Shown: one piece after another, positions 40,685 through 51,729 of the stretch
Position numbering within the stretch: position 1 is the stretch's first letter
Layout of the letters: every line of letters begins with the position of its first letter
Assembly: GCA_963827685.1 (NCBI GenBank)
Contig: CAWHBU010000003.1
Span: 288,001-352,000 of the forward strand
DNA: 64,000 nt
Direction: 5' to 3'
DNA from: an uncultured delta proteobacterium
GTDB taxonomy: Bacteria; Desulfobacterota; BSN033; UBA1163
Notes under the pieces: generated by a model
Databases searched by the model: none
Seen by the model: the letters and a program-made list of their open reading frames with translations, nothing else
What the model was told of the DNA's origin: nothing
Translations under genes and position numbers: made by a program

Positions 40685-41821
40685 TTAATTAATATCCTTC
40701 CCCACGGCCTCTGGCGAAATCTTTTCCCGACGTACGATCCGACGCCGGTCCCTCGGGAAAGTGAGTGTGGCGGTCGTCCCTCTCCTTAAACGACTCTCCA
40801 CTCGAATGCTTCCTTCTTGTTCCTCCACCACTCTCTTGGCAAAGGTCAATCCTAATCCCACCCGATCAGGTCGTGTGGAAAAAAAAGGCTCGAAAATTCG
40901 GCCAAGGTTCCTTTTGGGAATCCCCACTCCTCTATCTGAGATCGAAACCCCAATGTTTCCTCCATCTCCGAAAAGGGACACCTTTAGGGTCCTGCCTCTC
41001 TTCCCTACTGGTCCCCGAGCCACTGCGTCAAAACTATTTTCCAAAACATAAGAGAGAGCCTTAGCAAATAAACCCCTGTCAATGAAGAAATTCCCTTCCC
41101 CTTCTAAAGCCCCTGTCTCCAGACTGATGGAGACCCCCTTTTCCGTTGCCTCTTTTGAAAATGTCCCCAGGACGGCCTCCACAACCTCTTGAATCTTTTC
41201 CTTTTGAAAAGTAGGTTTCGGGATCAGGACATACTCCTCCACCCGCCGAATCATGGCTTCAAGCTTCTTCGTCTCATGAAAAATTTGATGAAGGTAGGAC
41301 TTGCCTTTTGCCGAAGGGGTGAATGCCTTGAGAAGCCGTTGTGTGTATCCTCCAATGGCAACAATCGGATTCCGAATTTGATGGGCGATTCCCTCCAACA
41401 TCATCCCAAGACTCGCCCAACGTTCCATCTCCACTTTTTCTTTCTCCAATGTCTTCAATCGTTGAATCTCTTGGAAGGAAAAAGAAATAAAAACCTCTCC
41501 CTCTTCCTTAAAAGTGGTGGTATAGAGATGAACGAAAACCTTCGTCCCGTTCTTCTGCCTCAAAAGGGCCTCCCCTTCGAAACCACTTTTGTAAAGCGTG
41601 AAGTAGATGATATTGGGCAGGAAATAGGTCAGATCCTCTTCCAAAAAAAGGAGCCTAATTCGTTCCCCCTCCATCTCTTGTCTCGAATAACCGAAGAGGG
41701 GTTCGGCATAGCGGTTGGTGTAAAGGATTTTTGAGTGAGCATCGGTGAGGATAAAAGCCACCTGGACCAAATCGAGTAAATGATGCCTGCTTTTCAGAAT
41801 CTCGACCATCGCTGCCTCCAT
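40685..41821 (-). CDS. PAS-domain sensor histidine kinase
   Basis: PAS domain; AHQIRNP, DRGVG, FEPFFST, GLGL. Confidence 0.88.
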   Translation of the reverse strand: MEAAMVEILKSRHHLLDLVQVAFILTDAHSKILYTNRYAEPLFGYSRQEMEGERIRLLFLEEDLTYFLPNIIYFTLYKSGFEGEALLRQKNGTKVFVHLYTTTFKEEGEVFISFSFQEIQRLKTLEKEKVEMERWASLGMMLEGIAHQIRNPIVAIGGYTQRLLKAFTPSAKGKSYLHQIFHETKKLEAMIRRVEEYVLIPKPTFQKEKIQEVVEAVLGTFSKEATEKGVSISLETGALEGEGNFFIDRGLFAKALSYVLENSFDAVARGPVGKRGRTLKVSLFGDGGNIGVSISDRGVGIPKRNLGRIFEPFFSTRPDRVGLGLTFAKRVVEEQEGSIRVESRLRRGTTATLTFPRDRRRIVRREKISPEAVGKDIN

Positions 41822-41919
41822 ACCAAATATAAGGAAGAAACCATACCTAGGACGAAGGTTAGAGGGTGGAGGCTGAATTCCCTGCCTGCGATAGGCAGGG
41901 CAGACAGGTCCTGCCTCAA

Positions 41920-43514
41920 CAGTCTGTTGAAAAACTAAGCATTTATCAGCAACCCTGAAGAAAATATTGAGTTCGAAACCTGAAAAGAGTCATCAAACCA
42001 AATAATTTAGAAAATGTCTTTGAAAGAAACGATTCCCCAAGCTGTTGGGCCACCTGGGCTTGCTTTGTGTATCCTCCTTTGGATAACAGCTTTACCATCC
42101 TTTTTATATTCTGCGCTGTCGCCGTCATTAATACCTGTTCTCTGATAAACTTCCGCCTCCGGAATTTAGCCCTCCTCAGTCCCATCCACTCCTTTGCTTC
42201 TCCAAATAGCTCCTCAATCCTCTTCCTCATCCTCTGCGATATCCGATAAGCCCTTGTTTGATTGATTTGCCTCGCTTGATTGATAAACTCCTCATAAATG
42301 TGATAACTGAGTGATCTGGACCTGTCCCTCGTACACTCCGCCTTCCTCGAACACACTTTGCAATCCTTCGCCCTCGCCCTATAGACATGCTGCTTACTGG
42401 GTTTATGAATTCCCCAATATTTCAACTCCTTCCCCGACGGACAGAGAAACCGGTTTTCACCCGGATCAAAGCTAAATTGTTCTATCGAGTAGATCCCTCG
42501 ATCGTTTTGACTCCGAGAATCCATGATTGGAATGTGAGGCTGTACCTTCTCTTTGACCAGTGCATTGATAAATTCTCCCGTGGAGTACCCCTTATCTGCT
42601 CCTAAGCTCTCCGGCTTTATCCCAAAAGCAAATGGAATCCTTCGTATCTGCTTCAACGCCTTTTCGCAGTCAGTTTTCCGATCTGGTTTTCCCACATCCG
42701 CCCCTACGATGATCCGGCTCCGGTTGTCCATGATATAGGTCACTCCATGATAAAGTTGGGTGTTTGCTTTCAACGATTTCCTTGCCAGACGGGCATCCGG
42801 ATCGGTCTTGGACCGATGAGTCCCATTGCTTATTTTCTGACCCCGATGGGGATAGTCGTCCCCAGGCTCCCAAGGCTCTTCTGTTACAGGGTTTTCTCTC
42901 TCTAATTTCTCTATGTATTCTCCTGTCCCCATGGTCACCACTATTGGTTCTAGACTCTTTAAGGCCGCATTGGCTTGTACATAGGTGCTGTCCACCGTCA
43001 GATGCTTTCCTGTTAACAACCCCTGAGAGACACATTGATTCACAATCTCGTCAAAGATTCTCTGAAATAGATCGCTCTCTGAAAACCGCTCATGCCGATT
43101 CTTGGAGAAGGTCGAATGATCTGGCACCTTGTCTTCAAGGTTCAAGCCCACAAACCACCTGTACCCAATGTGCATCTGTACTTCTTCGCATAGGCGACGC
43201 TCTGATGTGATTCCATACAGATACCCAATTAAAAGCATCCTGAGTAATACCTCCGGATCAATCGATGGACGCCCTGTATGACTGTATAGATGCTTCACTT
43301 TGTCCCGAATGAATTTTAGATCGATATGTCTGTCGATCAATCTTAGAAGATGGTTCTCTGGAACGATATCTTCCATCCGGACATAGTAGAACATGCGCTC
43401 ACTTCGTGGGTTTTCTCCTAACAATGGCTCCTCCTTTATTCAAAAGTTGCCATATTCTACCATTGTGATATATTAAAGCAAAGAATTTATTGAATAGAGT
43501 TTTTCAACAGACTG
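41920..43514 (-). mobile_element. IS1182-family element, 1595 bp (copy of 21487-23081)
   Basis: Same terminal repeats and identical transposase; TCAA target duplication. Confidence 0.95.
41946..43424 (-). CDS. IS1182-family transposase
   Basis: Translation identical to 21577-23055. Confidence 0.92.
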   Translation of the reverse strand: MLGENPRSERMFYYVRMEDIVPENHLLRLIDRHIDLKFIRDKVKHLYSHTGRPSIDPEVLLRMLLIGYLYGITSERRLCEEVQMHIGYRWFVGLNLEDKVPDHSTFSKNRHERFSESDLFQRIFDEIVNQCVSQGLLTGKHLTVDSTYVQANAALKSLEPIVVTMGTGEYIEKLERENPVTEEPWEPGDDYPHRGQKISNGTHRSKTDPDARLARKSLKANTQLYHGVTYIMDNRSRIIVGADVGKPDRKTDCEKALKQIRRIPFAFGIKPESLGADKGYSTGEFINALVKEKVQPHIPIMDSRSQNDRGIYSIEQFSFDPGENRFLCPSGKELKYWGIHKPSKQHVYRARAKDCKVCSRKAECTRDRSRSLSYHIYEEFINQARQINQTRAYRISQRMRKRIEELFGEAKEWMGLRRAKFRRRKFIREQVLMTATAQNIKRMVKLLSKGGYTKQAQVAQQLGESFLSKTFSKLFGLMTLFRFRTQYFLQGC

Positions 43515-43736
43515 TCAAGCCTTAACCCCCAAACCTCAAGCTTTAAAAGTGATCTCATTTTATTTCATTGTATTTAAAAGTCAAGCTCTGAATCGATTCG
43601 CCCAAGACATAGGAGACATGAGACGGTCTGAGAATGATCATCGTTTCCCTTGACAAATCTACCCAATCTCGTTAGAAAATGAGCAATCCCTAAATCAGAG
43701 GAGCCGGGGATAAAGTTGGATTAAAGGGAGAAAAGG

Positions 43737-44351
43737 TTGGGCTTAAAGGACCGGATCTTTCCAAAAGAGAGTAACTTTCGTAAGATGCTTTCTGACCAGG
43801 CCTCTAAAACACTTGAAGGAATTGAAGCATTAGGAAACTTTGTCAGAAACCAGAGTCCGGAAAATGCAAATCGGGTGAAGGAAATTGAGAGGGAGGCCGA
43901 TGAACTTCGAAGGATCCTCGTTGAAGAACTTCATCGGACCTTTGTCACCCCAATGGATCGGGAGGATATCTATGCCCTCTCAAGGGCGATTGATGATATC
44001 ATGGACTATGCCAATTCCACTGTGGATGAAATGAAGATTTACGAGGTGTCTTCCGAGGAGCATCTCCGGGAGATGGTGGACATTCTAGGAAAAGCATCCC
44101 GTGAAATTAACGATGCCGTTAAAATCTTAGAAACTTATCCCAACATTGCCATGCAACACGCCGTTAAAGCCAAGTCTTATGAGAATGCCATGGAGAAGGC
44201 CTATCATTCAGCCCTCGCCGATCTGTTCAAAAAGACGGATACTGTCTATATGCTGAAGATGAGGGAGATCTATCGACACCTCAGTAATGCTGCCGACCGA
44301 AGTGACGAAGCGGCCAACATCATCTGTAGCGTCGTGATGAAGGCAACCTAA
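43737..44351 (+). CDS. DUF47 / PhoU-like phosphate transport regulator
   Basis: EREAD, TFVTPMDREDI, DDIMD motifs. Confidence 0.88.
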   Translation: MGLKDRIFPKESNFRKMLSDQASKTLEGIEALGNFVRNQSPENANRVKEIEREADELRRILVEELHRTFVTPMDREDIYALSRAIDDIMDYANSTVDEMKIYEVSSEEHLREMVDILGKASREINDAVKILETYPNIAMQHAVKAKSYENAMEKAYHSALADLFKKTDTVYMLKMREIYRHLSNAADRSDEAANIICSVVMKAT

Positions 44352-44558
44352 GCAATGAATTCGAATAGCCAAATTCCAATTACCAAGTAAATCCCATTTA
44401 CCCTATGTCCCCTTAACCAAAACCCATCTTATCCGTCCGTGTTTAGGATTTTGGCCGTTGAAATTTTGGTTATGATTCGATCATCGGTGCTTGGCTATTG
44501 ATTACTCATCGATTTATTGAGCGTGTCTGTTATAATATAATAGGGTTAGGGGCCGTAA

Positions 44559-46079
44559 ATGGATATCAAAACAGAAGTATTGATCGTCGGAGGTGGGGCG
44601 ACCGGTGTCGGCATCCTGAGGGATCTGTCGTTGAGAGGAATCCCTTGCCTTTTGATTGAAAAGGGGGATTTTGCCTCCGGTGCCTCGGGTCGAAATCATG
44701 GACTCTTCCACAGTGGTGGAAGATATGCTGTCTCGGATCCTGAGGCGGCACGCGAATGCATTGCTGAGAATAAGATTCTTAGAGAGATTGCTCCTCACTG
44801 TGTTGAAGAAACAGATGGCCTTTTTATCTCCCTTCCTGAGGATGGTCTCGATTTCAGAGATAAATTTCTTCGAGCCAGTCAAGACGTAGGAATTCATACC
44901 ACCCTTCTCGCTCGGGATGAAGCCCTTGAATTAGAACCTAAACTCCATCCCAATCTTCTCAGTGCTGTGGAGGTGCCGGATGGAGCGATCGATCCGTTTG
45001 CCTTGGTTTTAGAAAATGCCAAAGATGCAGAGGGACATGGAGCAAAAATCCTTCTTCATACAGAGATGAGTTCGCTGATTTTTGACGGAGATAAAGTAAA
45101 AGGGGCGAAGATAAAAGATCTCCTCCAGGGCGAGGAATACTCCATTGAGGCTTCCACCATCGTCAATGCCACAGGAGCCTGGACAAATCAATTCCTCAAA
45201 CTCGCCGGCCTTCGCATCAACATGGCCCTCTCTAAGGGATCTATGCTGATCACCAACCAGAGGCTTAATCATCGTGTCATCAATCGCTGCAGACCTCCTG
45301 CAGATGGCGATATCGTCGTCCCAAACCATACGGTATCCATCCTCGGAACCACATCCATTCGTTTGGAAGAGGTCGAAAATTTTGAAGTCACTCCCCGAGA
45401 GGTCTCCCTCCTCATTCAGGAGACATCAAAGATGATCCCGGCCATCCGAGAGACCCGGTTCATTCGGGTCTATGCAGGCATCAGACCTTTATTTCAATTC
45501 GAGCAGAGTGGGAATGATCGAGCGGTCAGCCGCGGATTTGCACTGATCGATCATGGGAAAAGAGACGGCATAAAGAATTTGATCACCATCACCGGGGGTA
45601 AATTGGTGACTTATCGGCTGATGGCAGAGAAAACTTCTGACCTCATCTGCCAAAAGATGGGATGCGACGTCTCCTGTTCTACCCATTTAAAACCGCTTCC
45701 CGGCGCAAGCCAACCCACTCATCTCATAGAAAGGTTGAAACAATTCTCAACAGATAGAGGAGAGACCCTTTGCGACTGCGAGCTGGTTCAAAGGAAAGAA
45801 GTCGAAGAGTTTTTGAAGGAAGGAAAATTAAAGGACTTTCAAGACATCCTTCGCCGGACACGTCTCGCCAAAGGGACATGTCAAGGGGGTTTTTGTGTCT
45901 ATCGCCTTTTTGGAGTCCTACACGACTTAGGATTGATACAAGGAGATTCCAATAAATTATTAGGAGAATTTCTTGAGGAGCGATGGAAAGGGATCCGCCC
46001 AATTCTCTGGGGGGCAGCCATGAAAGAAGAAGAATTGATTGAATCGATCTATAAAGGAATTTTTAATCTTAACCTCTGA
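44559..46079 (+). CDS. glpA: anaerobic glycerol-3-phosphate dehydrogenase subunit A
   Basis: GGGATG, GRNHGLFHSGGRY, ITGGKL.TYRLMAE, G.CQGGFC. Confidence 0.92.
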   Translation: MDIKTEVLIVGGGATGVGILRDLSLRGIPCLLIEKGDFASGASGRNHGLFHSGGRYAVSDPEAARECIAENKILREIAPHCVEETDGLFISLPEDGLDFRDKFLRASQDVGIHTTLLARDEALELEPKLHPNLLSAVEVPDGAIDPFALVLENAKDAEGHGAKILLHTEMSSLIFDGDKVKGAKIKDLLQGEEYSIEASTIVNATGAWTNQFLKLAGLRINMALSKGSMLITNQRLNHRVINRCRPPADGDIVVPNHTVSILGTTSIRLEEVENFEVTPREVSLLIQETSKMIPAIRETRFIRVYAGIRPLFQFEQSGNDRAVSRGFALIDHGKRDGIKNLITITGGKLVTYRLMAEKTSDLICQKMGCDVSCSTHLKPLPGASQPTHLIERLKQFSTDRGETLCDCELVQRKEVEEFLKEGKLKDFQDILRRTRLAKGTCQGGFCVYRLFGVLHDLGLIQGDSNKLLGEFLEERWKGIRPILWGAAMKEEELIESIYKGIFNLNL

Positions 46080-46157
46080 TCCCCAATTTAGGAATTCAGG
46101 GATTAAGGAATTTAGGGATTCGCAATTCCTCAATTCCTGAATTCCCAATCAAGAAAG

Positions 46158-47381
46158 ATGTCTTACGATTTCATTGTCATTGGAATGGGACTTTCAGGGC
46201 TGATGGCCGCCAAAACGGCTGCTGAAGCCGGGCAAAAGGTCCTCATCGTCGGAAAGGGGATGGGCTCTCTCTATCTCTTTTCCAATACGATCGATCTCTT
46301 GGGAAGCCTCCCTAAAGGAAAGAGAGTAGGAGAAGGCCTTTCCCAATGGGTAAAAGATCATCCCAAACATCCCTATTCTAAAATGGGCCCAGAAAAAATT
46401 GAGGAAGCCCTTTCTTCCTTTCTATCTCTCTTTCCAGTTCCTTATTCTTTTCAAACCATTGGAAATCGAAATTGCCTTATCCCAACGGGTGCAGGAACAC
46501 TTCGACCCACATATTTCATCCCAGTAACCATGGTCGCAGGAACCTCACTCAATGAAGGAAATGGGCTGATCGTCGGGTTCAAAGGCTTTAAGGATTTCTA
46601 TGCTCACTATGTGGCCGATCAACTTAAGTGTCGAGGCGCTACCCTCACCCTTCCTGATGTCCGGGATCAGGAAATGACAGCTACTACCCTGGCAAGGTTA
46701 ATGGAAAAAGAATCTTTTAGAGAAAACATTGGCAGGGAGATTAAGAAGCAACTCCATCATGAAACCCAGGTTGGTTTTCCTGCCCTCTTAGGATTGCACA
46801 ATCCCACCCAGGTCAAGGAAGACTTAGAGGGCATCATGGGTGCTAACGTCTTCGAAATCCCTATCCTGCCTCCATCGATTCCGGGGATAAGAATCTTCAA
46901 CCGCTTTAAAGAATGGCTGATCCGGAAGGGAGTCACTTTTCTCCCGGGCTATTCCATTTCTAAGGCGATTATTAAGGGGAAAAGGTGTGAAGGGGTGGAA
47001 ATGATTCATCCTCCTGTGATCACTTCCTATTCTGCTGATCGTTATATCCTGGCCACAGGCCGCTTTGTGGGAGGGGGGCTGGTGGCCAGCGACGAGAGAA
47101 TTTCCGAACCGATCTTCAGTCTCCCTGTTGCCCAACCAAAATCACGCGAGGACTGGTTCGGAAAATATTTTTTTAACCCTCTTCCCCATCCAGTGCATGA
47201 AGCGGGCATTTTGGTCGATTCGTCATTTCGGCCGACAGACGAAAACGGGAATCCAATATTAGAAAATGTATGGGCGGCGGGTTCGATCTTAGCCCATCAT
47301 CATTGCATCGGCGAAAAATCAAGAGAAGGGATTGAGATAGCTACCGGATATATGGCAGCCCAATGTGCTTTGAAACGTTGA
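46158..47381 (+). CDS. glpB: anaerobic glycerol-3-phosphate dehydrogenase subunit B
   Basis: GMGLSG, GTLRPT, FEIP.LPPSIPGIR, LATG. Confidence 0.9.
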   Translation: MSYDFIVIGMGLSGLMAAKTAAEAGQKVLIVGKGMGSLYLFSNTIDLLGSLPKGKRVGEGLSQWVKDHPKHPYSKMGPEKIEEALSSFLSLFPVPYSFQTIGNRNCLIPTGAGTLRPTYFIPVTMVAGTSLNEGNGLIVGFKGFKDFYAHYVADQLKCRGATLTLPDVRDQEMTATTLARLMEKESFRENIGREIKKQLHHETQVGFPALLGLHNPTQVKEDLEGIMGANVFEIPILPPSIPGIRIFNRFKEWLIRKGVTFLPGYSISKAIIKGKRCEGVEMIHPPVITSYSADRYILATGRFVGGGLVASDERISEPIFSLPVAQPKSREDWFGKYFFNPLPHPVHEAGILVDSSFRPTDENGNPILENVWAAGSILAHHHCIGEKSREGIEIATGYMAAQCALKR

Positions 47382-47514
47382 GAAGAAAAAGAACCGTCGG
47401 TGATTGCATACATGCTAAATGCAGTGATCGTTATCAAATCTCAATTACCAAGCACCAAAAACCAAATAATGACCAAAATTCTGGAAACATAATGATAAAC
47501 ATGAGTTTTGGTTA

Positions 47515-48566
47515 GCTGCATTCAACAGTGAAGTGCAACACATGAGCCCAAAACTTCATTGGGCGTTCGATAATTGAGGCATTTTCGTGGCCTCGTATTA
47601 AGTAAAGTTTCGACGCGTTTGACTTGTTCTTTGGGAACCAGATTAAAATCCGCCTTCTTGGGGAAGAAGCGTCGGATCAGCCCGATGGCATTTTCGATAG
47701 AAGTCTTTTCCCAACTATGGAAGGGTTCACAGAAGTAGGATTGGGTTCCCAACACCTTGTTAGTATACTCATGCTCCACGTTTTCGCAACCATTATCATA
47801 GGTGATAGAGCGGAGAAGGGGTTGGGGGTAACGGCTGAGTCTGCGAGTGAGGGCACATCGCAAGTTCTGTGAGGTCTTGGCAGCCAATTTGGCCAAGTGC
47901 AGGTGTCTACTGGTTCTCTCAAGGGCTACCGCTAAAGCGGCCTTACTTGTTCGGGAGATTAACGTATCAGCTTCCCAATGGCCGGGTTGGATCCGGGTTT
48001 GGACCTCCAGGGGACGCTCTTTGATGGAGATCCGTCGTGGAATATGGAGTGTCTTATGCCGGTGCGAATGGGTACGGAGTCTACGGCGCTTGTGAGCCCG
48101 AGTCAGATAGGGCACCAGGTTCTGCTTCGTAGGGATCGATTTATCATAGATGAATTGATAAATGGCCTCATGGCTGATACGAAGGTCTGGATATTCTAAA
48201 GAAAGTCTTCCTGAAATCAGTTCGGGAGACCATTTGAGCTTGAGCTTTTTCATGATATACCTACGGATCAAAGGATTGCGTATTCGCTGTCGTTGGACGG
48301 ATTCATGTTTTCGTTTAACGGCTCTTTCATGGGCCCTATTGGCCAAGTAAACGTTGTAGATGGGCGATCGGTTACGCTTGAGTTCTCGTGAAATGGAACC
48401 TTTGTTTCGCCCGATACTCTCGGCTATCTCCGAGATGCTTTTACCTCGTGCGTGAAGATATGCAATTTTGTCTCTCTCTTCACTGGAGAGATGTTGATAG
48501 TTTAGCTTTTCCATACACTTAGGATACTACGTCACCCTAAGTGTTGCACTTCATTATTGAACTGGC
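47515..48566 (-). mobile_element. IS30-family element
   Basis: Imperfect terminal inverted repeats around TTCAA..TGAAGTGCAACAC; GTTA duplicated at 47511-47514 and 48567-48570. Confidence 0.85.
47522..48514 (-). CDS. IS30-family transposase
   Basis: YQHLS.EER, SISRELKRN, WSPE, GHWEADT, TYDNG.E, RPRKCLNYRTP. Confidence 0.93.
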   Translation of the reverse strand: MEKLNYQHLSSEERDKIAYLHARGKSISEIAESIGRNKGSISRELKRNRSPIYNVYLANRAHERAVKRKHESVQRQRIRNPLIRRYIMKKLKLKWSPELISGRLSLEYPDLRISHEAIYQFIYDKSIPTKQNLVPYLTRAHKRRRLRTHSHRHKTLHIPRRISIKERPLEVQTRIQPGHWEADTLISRTSKAALAVALERTSRHLHLAKLAAKTSQNLRCALTRRLSRYPQPLLRSITYDNGCENVEHEYTNKVLGTQSYFCEPFHSWEKTSIENAIGLIRRFFPKKADFNLVPKEQVKRVETLLNTRPRKCLNYRTPNEVLGSCVALHC

Positions 48567-48646
48567 GTTATTGGAAATTGGTATTTGGAATTTATTTGGA
48601 ATTTGTAATTTGAAATTGCAGCAAAGGCTTGATTGAGTACCTTCTT

Positions 48647-49858
48647 ATGAAAGAGTCGAAAAAAGTGCATTGGCCTCAGAATAACGCTGATGTTTGCATT
48701 CGCTGTGCTACCTGTATGGCGGTCTGCCCTGTCTCACGGGTGACCCCACAATTTCCAGGGCCCAAACAAGCGGGTCCTGGTGCTGAACGATTTCGGGTGC
48801 CTGCTGAACCTTCTGTGGATCAATGGATTGACCTTTGCATTGGATGCCATCTCTGCGACATGGTCTGTTCCTCTGGCGTAAATATCTCAGAACTGAATCT
48901 CATCGCCAAGGCAAAATATTTAGATGAGAAGGGAAGACCCCTTCGGGATTGGCTTCTCACCCATTCCTATCTCTACGGTTGGCTTGGATCCCTTCTATCC
49001 TCCCTCGTCAATGTTTTTTTCAGAAATCCTTTTATCAAAGGGATGACGGAGGCTATTCTAAGGATAGACAGAAGAAGAGATCTCCCCAGCTATGAATCTC
49101 TCACTTTCAGGCAATGGTTTAAAGAACACCATTCAAAAGGCAGTAAAAAAGTTGCCTATTTTTATGGCTGCTATACCAATACTAATGAGGTCGATGTCGG
49201 AAAAGCAGCGGTTCAAGTCCTCGAGGCCAATGGGTTTGAAGTCATCCTTCCTCCTCAGCGGTGCTGTGGCATTCCCATGCTCGGCAATGGAGATTTTAGA
49301 GGGGCAAAAAAAATGGGCCTTTATAATGTCCCTTCCTTGCTTAAGACGATTGGCTCAGGTTCTGACATCATCTTTTCTTCATCCAGTTGCGGCCATATGA
49401 TCAAACACGAATATAGCCACCTGCTCTCCATCCCCGATGCGGATGAGGTGGCCAAACATATTTTTGACATCTTTGAGTTTCTGAGGAATTTAAGAGAATC
49501 GAATGGTTTTAATGCCCATTTCAACGAACAGCCCTTGAAAGTAGCCTATTTTGCTCCATGCCATTTAAGAGTCTTGGGTATTGGTCTCCCTGCCCTTGAA
49601 ATTCTCCGACTCATTCCGGGTCTTAAAATTGACAATGTCGAGGCGGATTGCTGCGGAATGGGTGGGACCTTTGGTTTCAAAAAAGAGAAATATGAGATCT
49701 CTCAGGAGATCGGAAGGGATTTAGCGGAAGCGATTGATCGTTTAAACCCTGAAATCGTCCTTTCTGACTGTGAAGGCTGTCGCATGCAAATCCGCCATCT
49801 CACCGGGCTGAAGGTTCTCCATCCTGTCCAGATATTAAGAGACGCATTGACGCGGTGA
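48647..49858 (+). CDS. glpC: anaerobic glycerol-3-phosphate dehydrogenase subunit C
   Basis: Two CxxCxxCxxxC ferredoxin motifs, FPGPKQAGP, CCG domains. Confidence 0.9.
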   Translation: MKESKKVHWPQNNADVCIRCATCMAVCPVSRVTPQFPGPKQAGPGAERFRVPAEPSVDQWIDLCIGCHLCDMVCSSGVNISELNLIAKAKYLDEKGRPLRDWLLTHSYLYGWLGSLLSSLVNVFFRNPFIKGMTEAILRIDRRRDLPSYESLTFRQWFKEHHSKGSKKVAYFYGCYTNTNEVDVGKAAVQVLEANGFEVILPPQRCCGIPMLGNGDFRGAKKMGLYNVPSLLKTIGSGSDIIFSSSSCGHMIKHEYSHLLSIPDADEVAKHIFDIFEFLRNLRESNGFNAHFNEQPLKVAYFAPCHLRVLGIGLPALEILRLIPGLKIDNVEADCCGMGGTFGFKKEKYEISQEIGRDLAEAIDRLNPEIVLSDCEGCRMQIRHLTGLKVLHPVQILRDALTR

Positions 49859-49902
49859 TACGGAGAGAGTGACGCGGAGAGAAGAATCACCGTGTCGCCC
49901 CA

Positions 49903-50691
49903 TCACCCTATCAATAAGTTTCCGACGTCGGCGATGCTTTGAAAGACAAAGTCAGGCTGAGTGGAAGTGTGTTTGGATTCCTTGAGAGTCTTTTCGTCAG
50001 TGACACCTGTCAAAACGATGCCAGTAGCAATTCCAAAATCTTTCCCCATTTTGATATCGGTCTCCAGGCGGTCTCCAATCAGGATACAATCTTCAGGCAT
50101 CAATCCCATCACGTCCAAGGCCGCTTGAATCATGATGGGAGAGGGTTTGCCCACGATGACCTCAACCTTCTTTTCAGTTACTGCCTCAATGGCTGCAATC
50201 ATCCCGGCGCAGTCTGGGATTTCTCCTCCTTCTACCGGGCAGGTCCGGTCGGGGTTGGTGGCAACAAAATGGGCTCCCAGTTTGATGGCCTGGAAGGCAA
50301 TATTAAGTTTTTGGTAATCAAATGTCCGATCAAACGCCACGACCACATATTCGATCTCTTTGGGCTCATCGGTGATTTGAAAGCCGGCTCTTTTCAGCTC
50401 TTCAATAAAAGGCGTCTCCCCTACTACAAAGAGTCTGACCTGAGGAGCAATCTTCTTGAGATAATTGGTCATTACAAAGGTGGAATTGATCACTTCATCA
50501 GGTTGAGCAGGGATGCCGAGCCGGGTCAGTTTGGAGGCATAATCCTCCCGGGTTTGGATAGGTTTATTGGAAAGGAAAACAACTTTCCTCTTATGTTCTC
50601 GGAGCAGCCGGATCACACCCTCTGCCCCACGGATGAGCTGATTGCTTCGATAGATCGTCCCATCCAGATCGAAGATAAATCCTTTAAACAT
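49903..50691 (-). CDS. HAD-IIA (NagD/AraL-like) phosphatase
   Basis: FDLDGT, SN, TNPD, GKP, GDRLETDI; true start at MFKGF. Confidence 0.9.
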   Translation of the reverse strand: MFKGFIFDLDGTIYRSNQLIRGAEGVIRLLREHKRKVVFLSNKPIQTREDYASKLTRLGIPAQPDEVINSTFVMTNYLKKIAPQVRLFVVGETPFIEELKRAGFQITDEPKEIEYVVVAFDRTFDYQKLNIAFQAIKLGAHFVATNPDRTCPVEGGEIPDCAGMIAAIEAVTEKKVEVIVGKPSPIMIQAALDVMGLMPEDCILIGDRLETDIKMGKDFGIATGIVLTGVTDEKTLKESKHTSTQPDFVFQSIADVGNLLIG

Positions 50692-50708
50692 CCTCCACAC
50701 CTTTTCTC

Positions 50709-51728
50709 CTATCCTCTTTGGACGTAAAAGAGAATCTTTTGAATTAAATGGAAACTTAATCCGGCCATCACGGCCGAGGCTGGAATAGTAATAAACCAAG
50801 CCAGGATAATATTCCTCACTACTCCCCATCGTACGGCTGAGATCCTCTGGCCAGCTCCAACACCCATGATGCTGGAAGAGACGACATGTGTCGTGGATAC
50901 TGGACCTCCCACCAACGCAGCCCCTAAAATGACTGTTGCTGAGGAAGTTTGAGCGCAGAATGCATGAACAGACCTCAGACGATAAATTTTTGAACCCACG
51001 GTCTTCATGATTCGCCATCCTCCGGTTGCTGTTCCAAGAGCTGTTGCCGCACCACAACTTGCAATAGCCCAAAAGGGAGCATGAAAGCTGGTAGAAAACC
51101 CAAGGATGACAAGAGACAATGCGATCAGACCAATCGATTTTTGTACATCATTGGAACCATGGCTGAGGGCAAGGGCAATCGAAGAAGGAATTTGCATCCG
51201 GTTGAAGAAGTAATTTACCTTAGGAGTAGCATTTCGAAAGATACGAAGAGTCATCTTTAGAAAAAGCATACCGAAAACTAACCCCAGCAAAGGTGAAATC
51301 ACAAGGGAAGCGAGGACATAAAGGAGTCCCCCCCACAGAATTTTATCTGGCCCGTAAGCGATCAGCACAGCCCCTACCATTCCTCCAACCAATGCATGTG
51401 AAGAACTTGAAGGGAAACCGAAGAACCAGGTAATCAGGTTCCACAGGATGGCTCCAACGAGAGCGGCAATCAGGAAGGCTGCAGAAATATGGATAGACAT
51501 TGGATCGTGGGCAGGAAGGTTTATAATACCTTCCCCTATGGTCTTAGCCACAGCGCTTCCTAAAAAAAGGGGGGCAATAAACTCACAGGCAGCCGCTATG
51601 AGAAGAGCTTTTCTTGAAGAAATAGCCCTGGTCATAATAATCGTTGATACAACATTCGCAGCGTCATGAAAACCATTGGAGTAGGCAAAGAAAAGAGCAA
51701 GCAAAATGACGATGGCGGCCAACCACAT
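50709..51728 (-). CDS. PiT-family inorganic phosphate transporter
   Basis: NGFHDAAN, PSSSSHAL, HGSND, PVSTTH. Confidence 0.92.
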   Translation of the reverse strand: MWLAAIVILLALFFAYSNGFHDAANVVSTIIMTRAISSRKALLIAAACEFIAPLFLGSAVAKTIGEGIINLPAHDPMSIHISAAFLIAALVGAILWNLITWFFGFPSSSSHALVGGMVGAVLIAYGPDKILWGGLLYVLASLVISPLLGLVFGMLFLKMTLRIFRNATPKVNYFFNRMQIPSSIALALSHGSNDVQKSIGLIALSLVILGFSTSFHAPFWAIASCGAATALGTATGGWRIMKTVGSKIYRLRSVHAFCAQTSSATVILGAALVGGPVSTTHVVSSSIMGVGAGQRISAVRWGVVRNIILAWFITIPASAVMAGLSFHLIQKILFYVQRG

Positions 51729-51729
51729 T

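Noticed and set aside
49903-51072. 389-aa ORF as an N-terminally extended HAD protein
   Set aside because: The extension overlaps the PiT gene in another frame; the real start with GGAGG RBS is 50691
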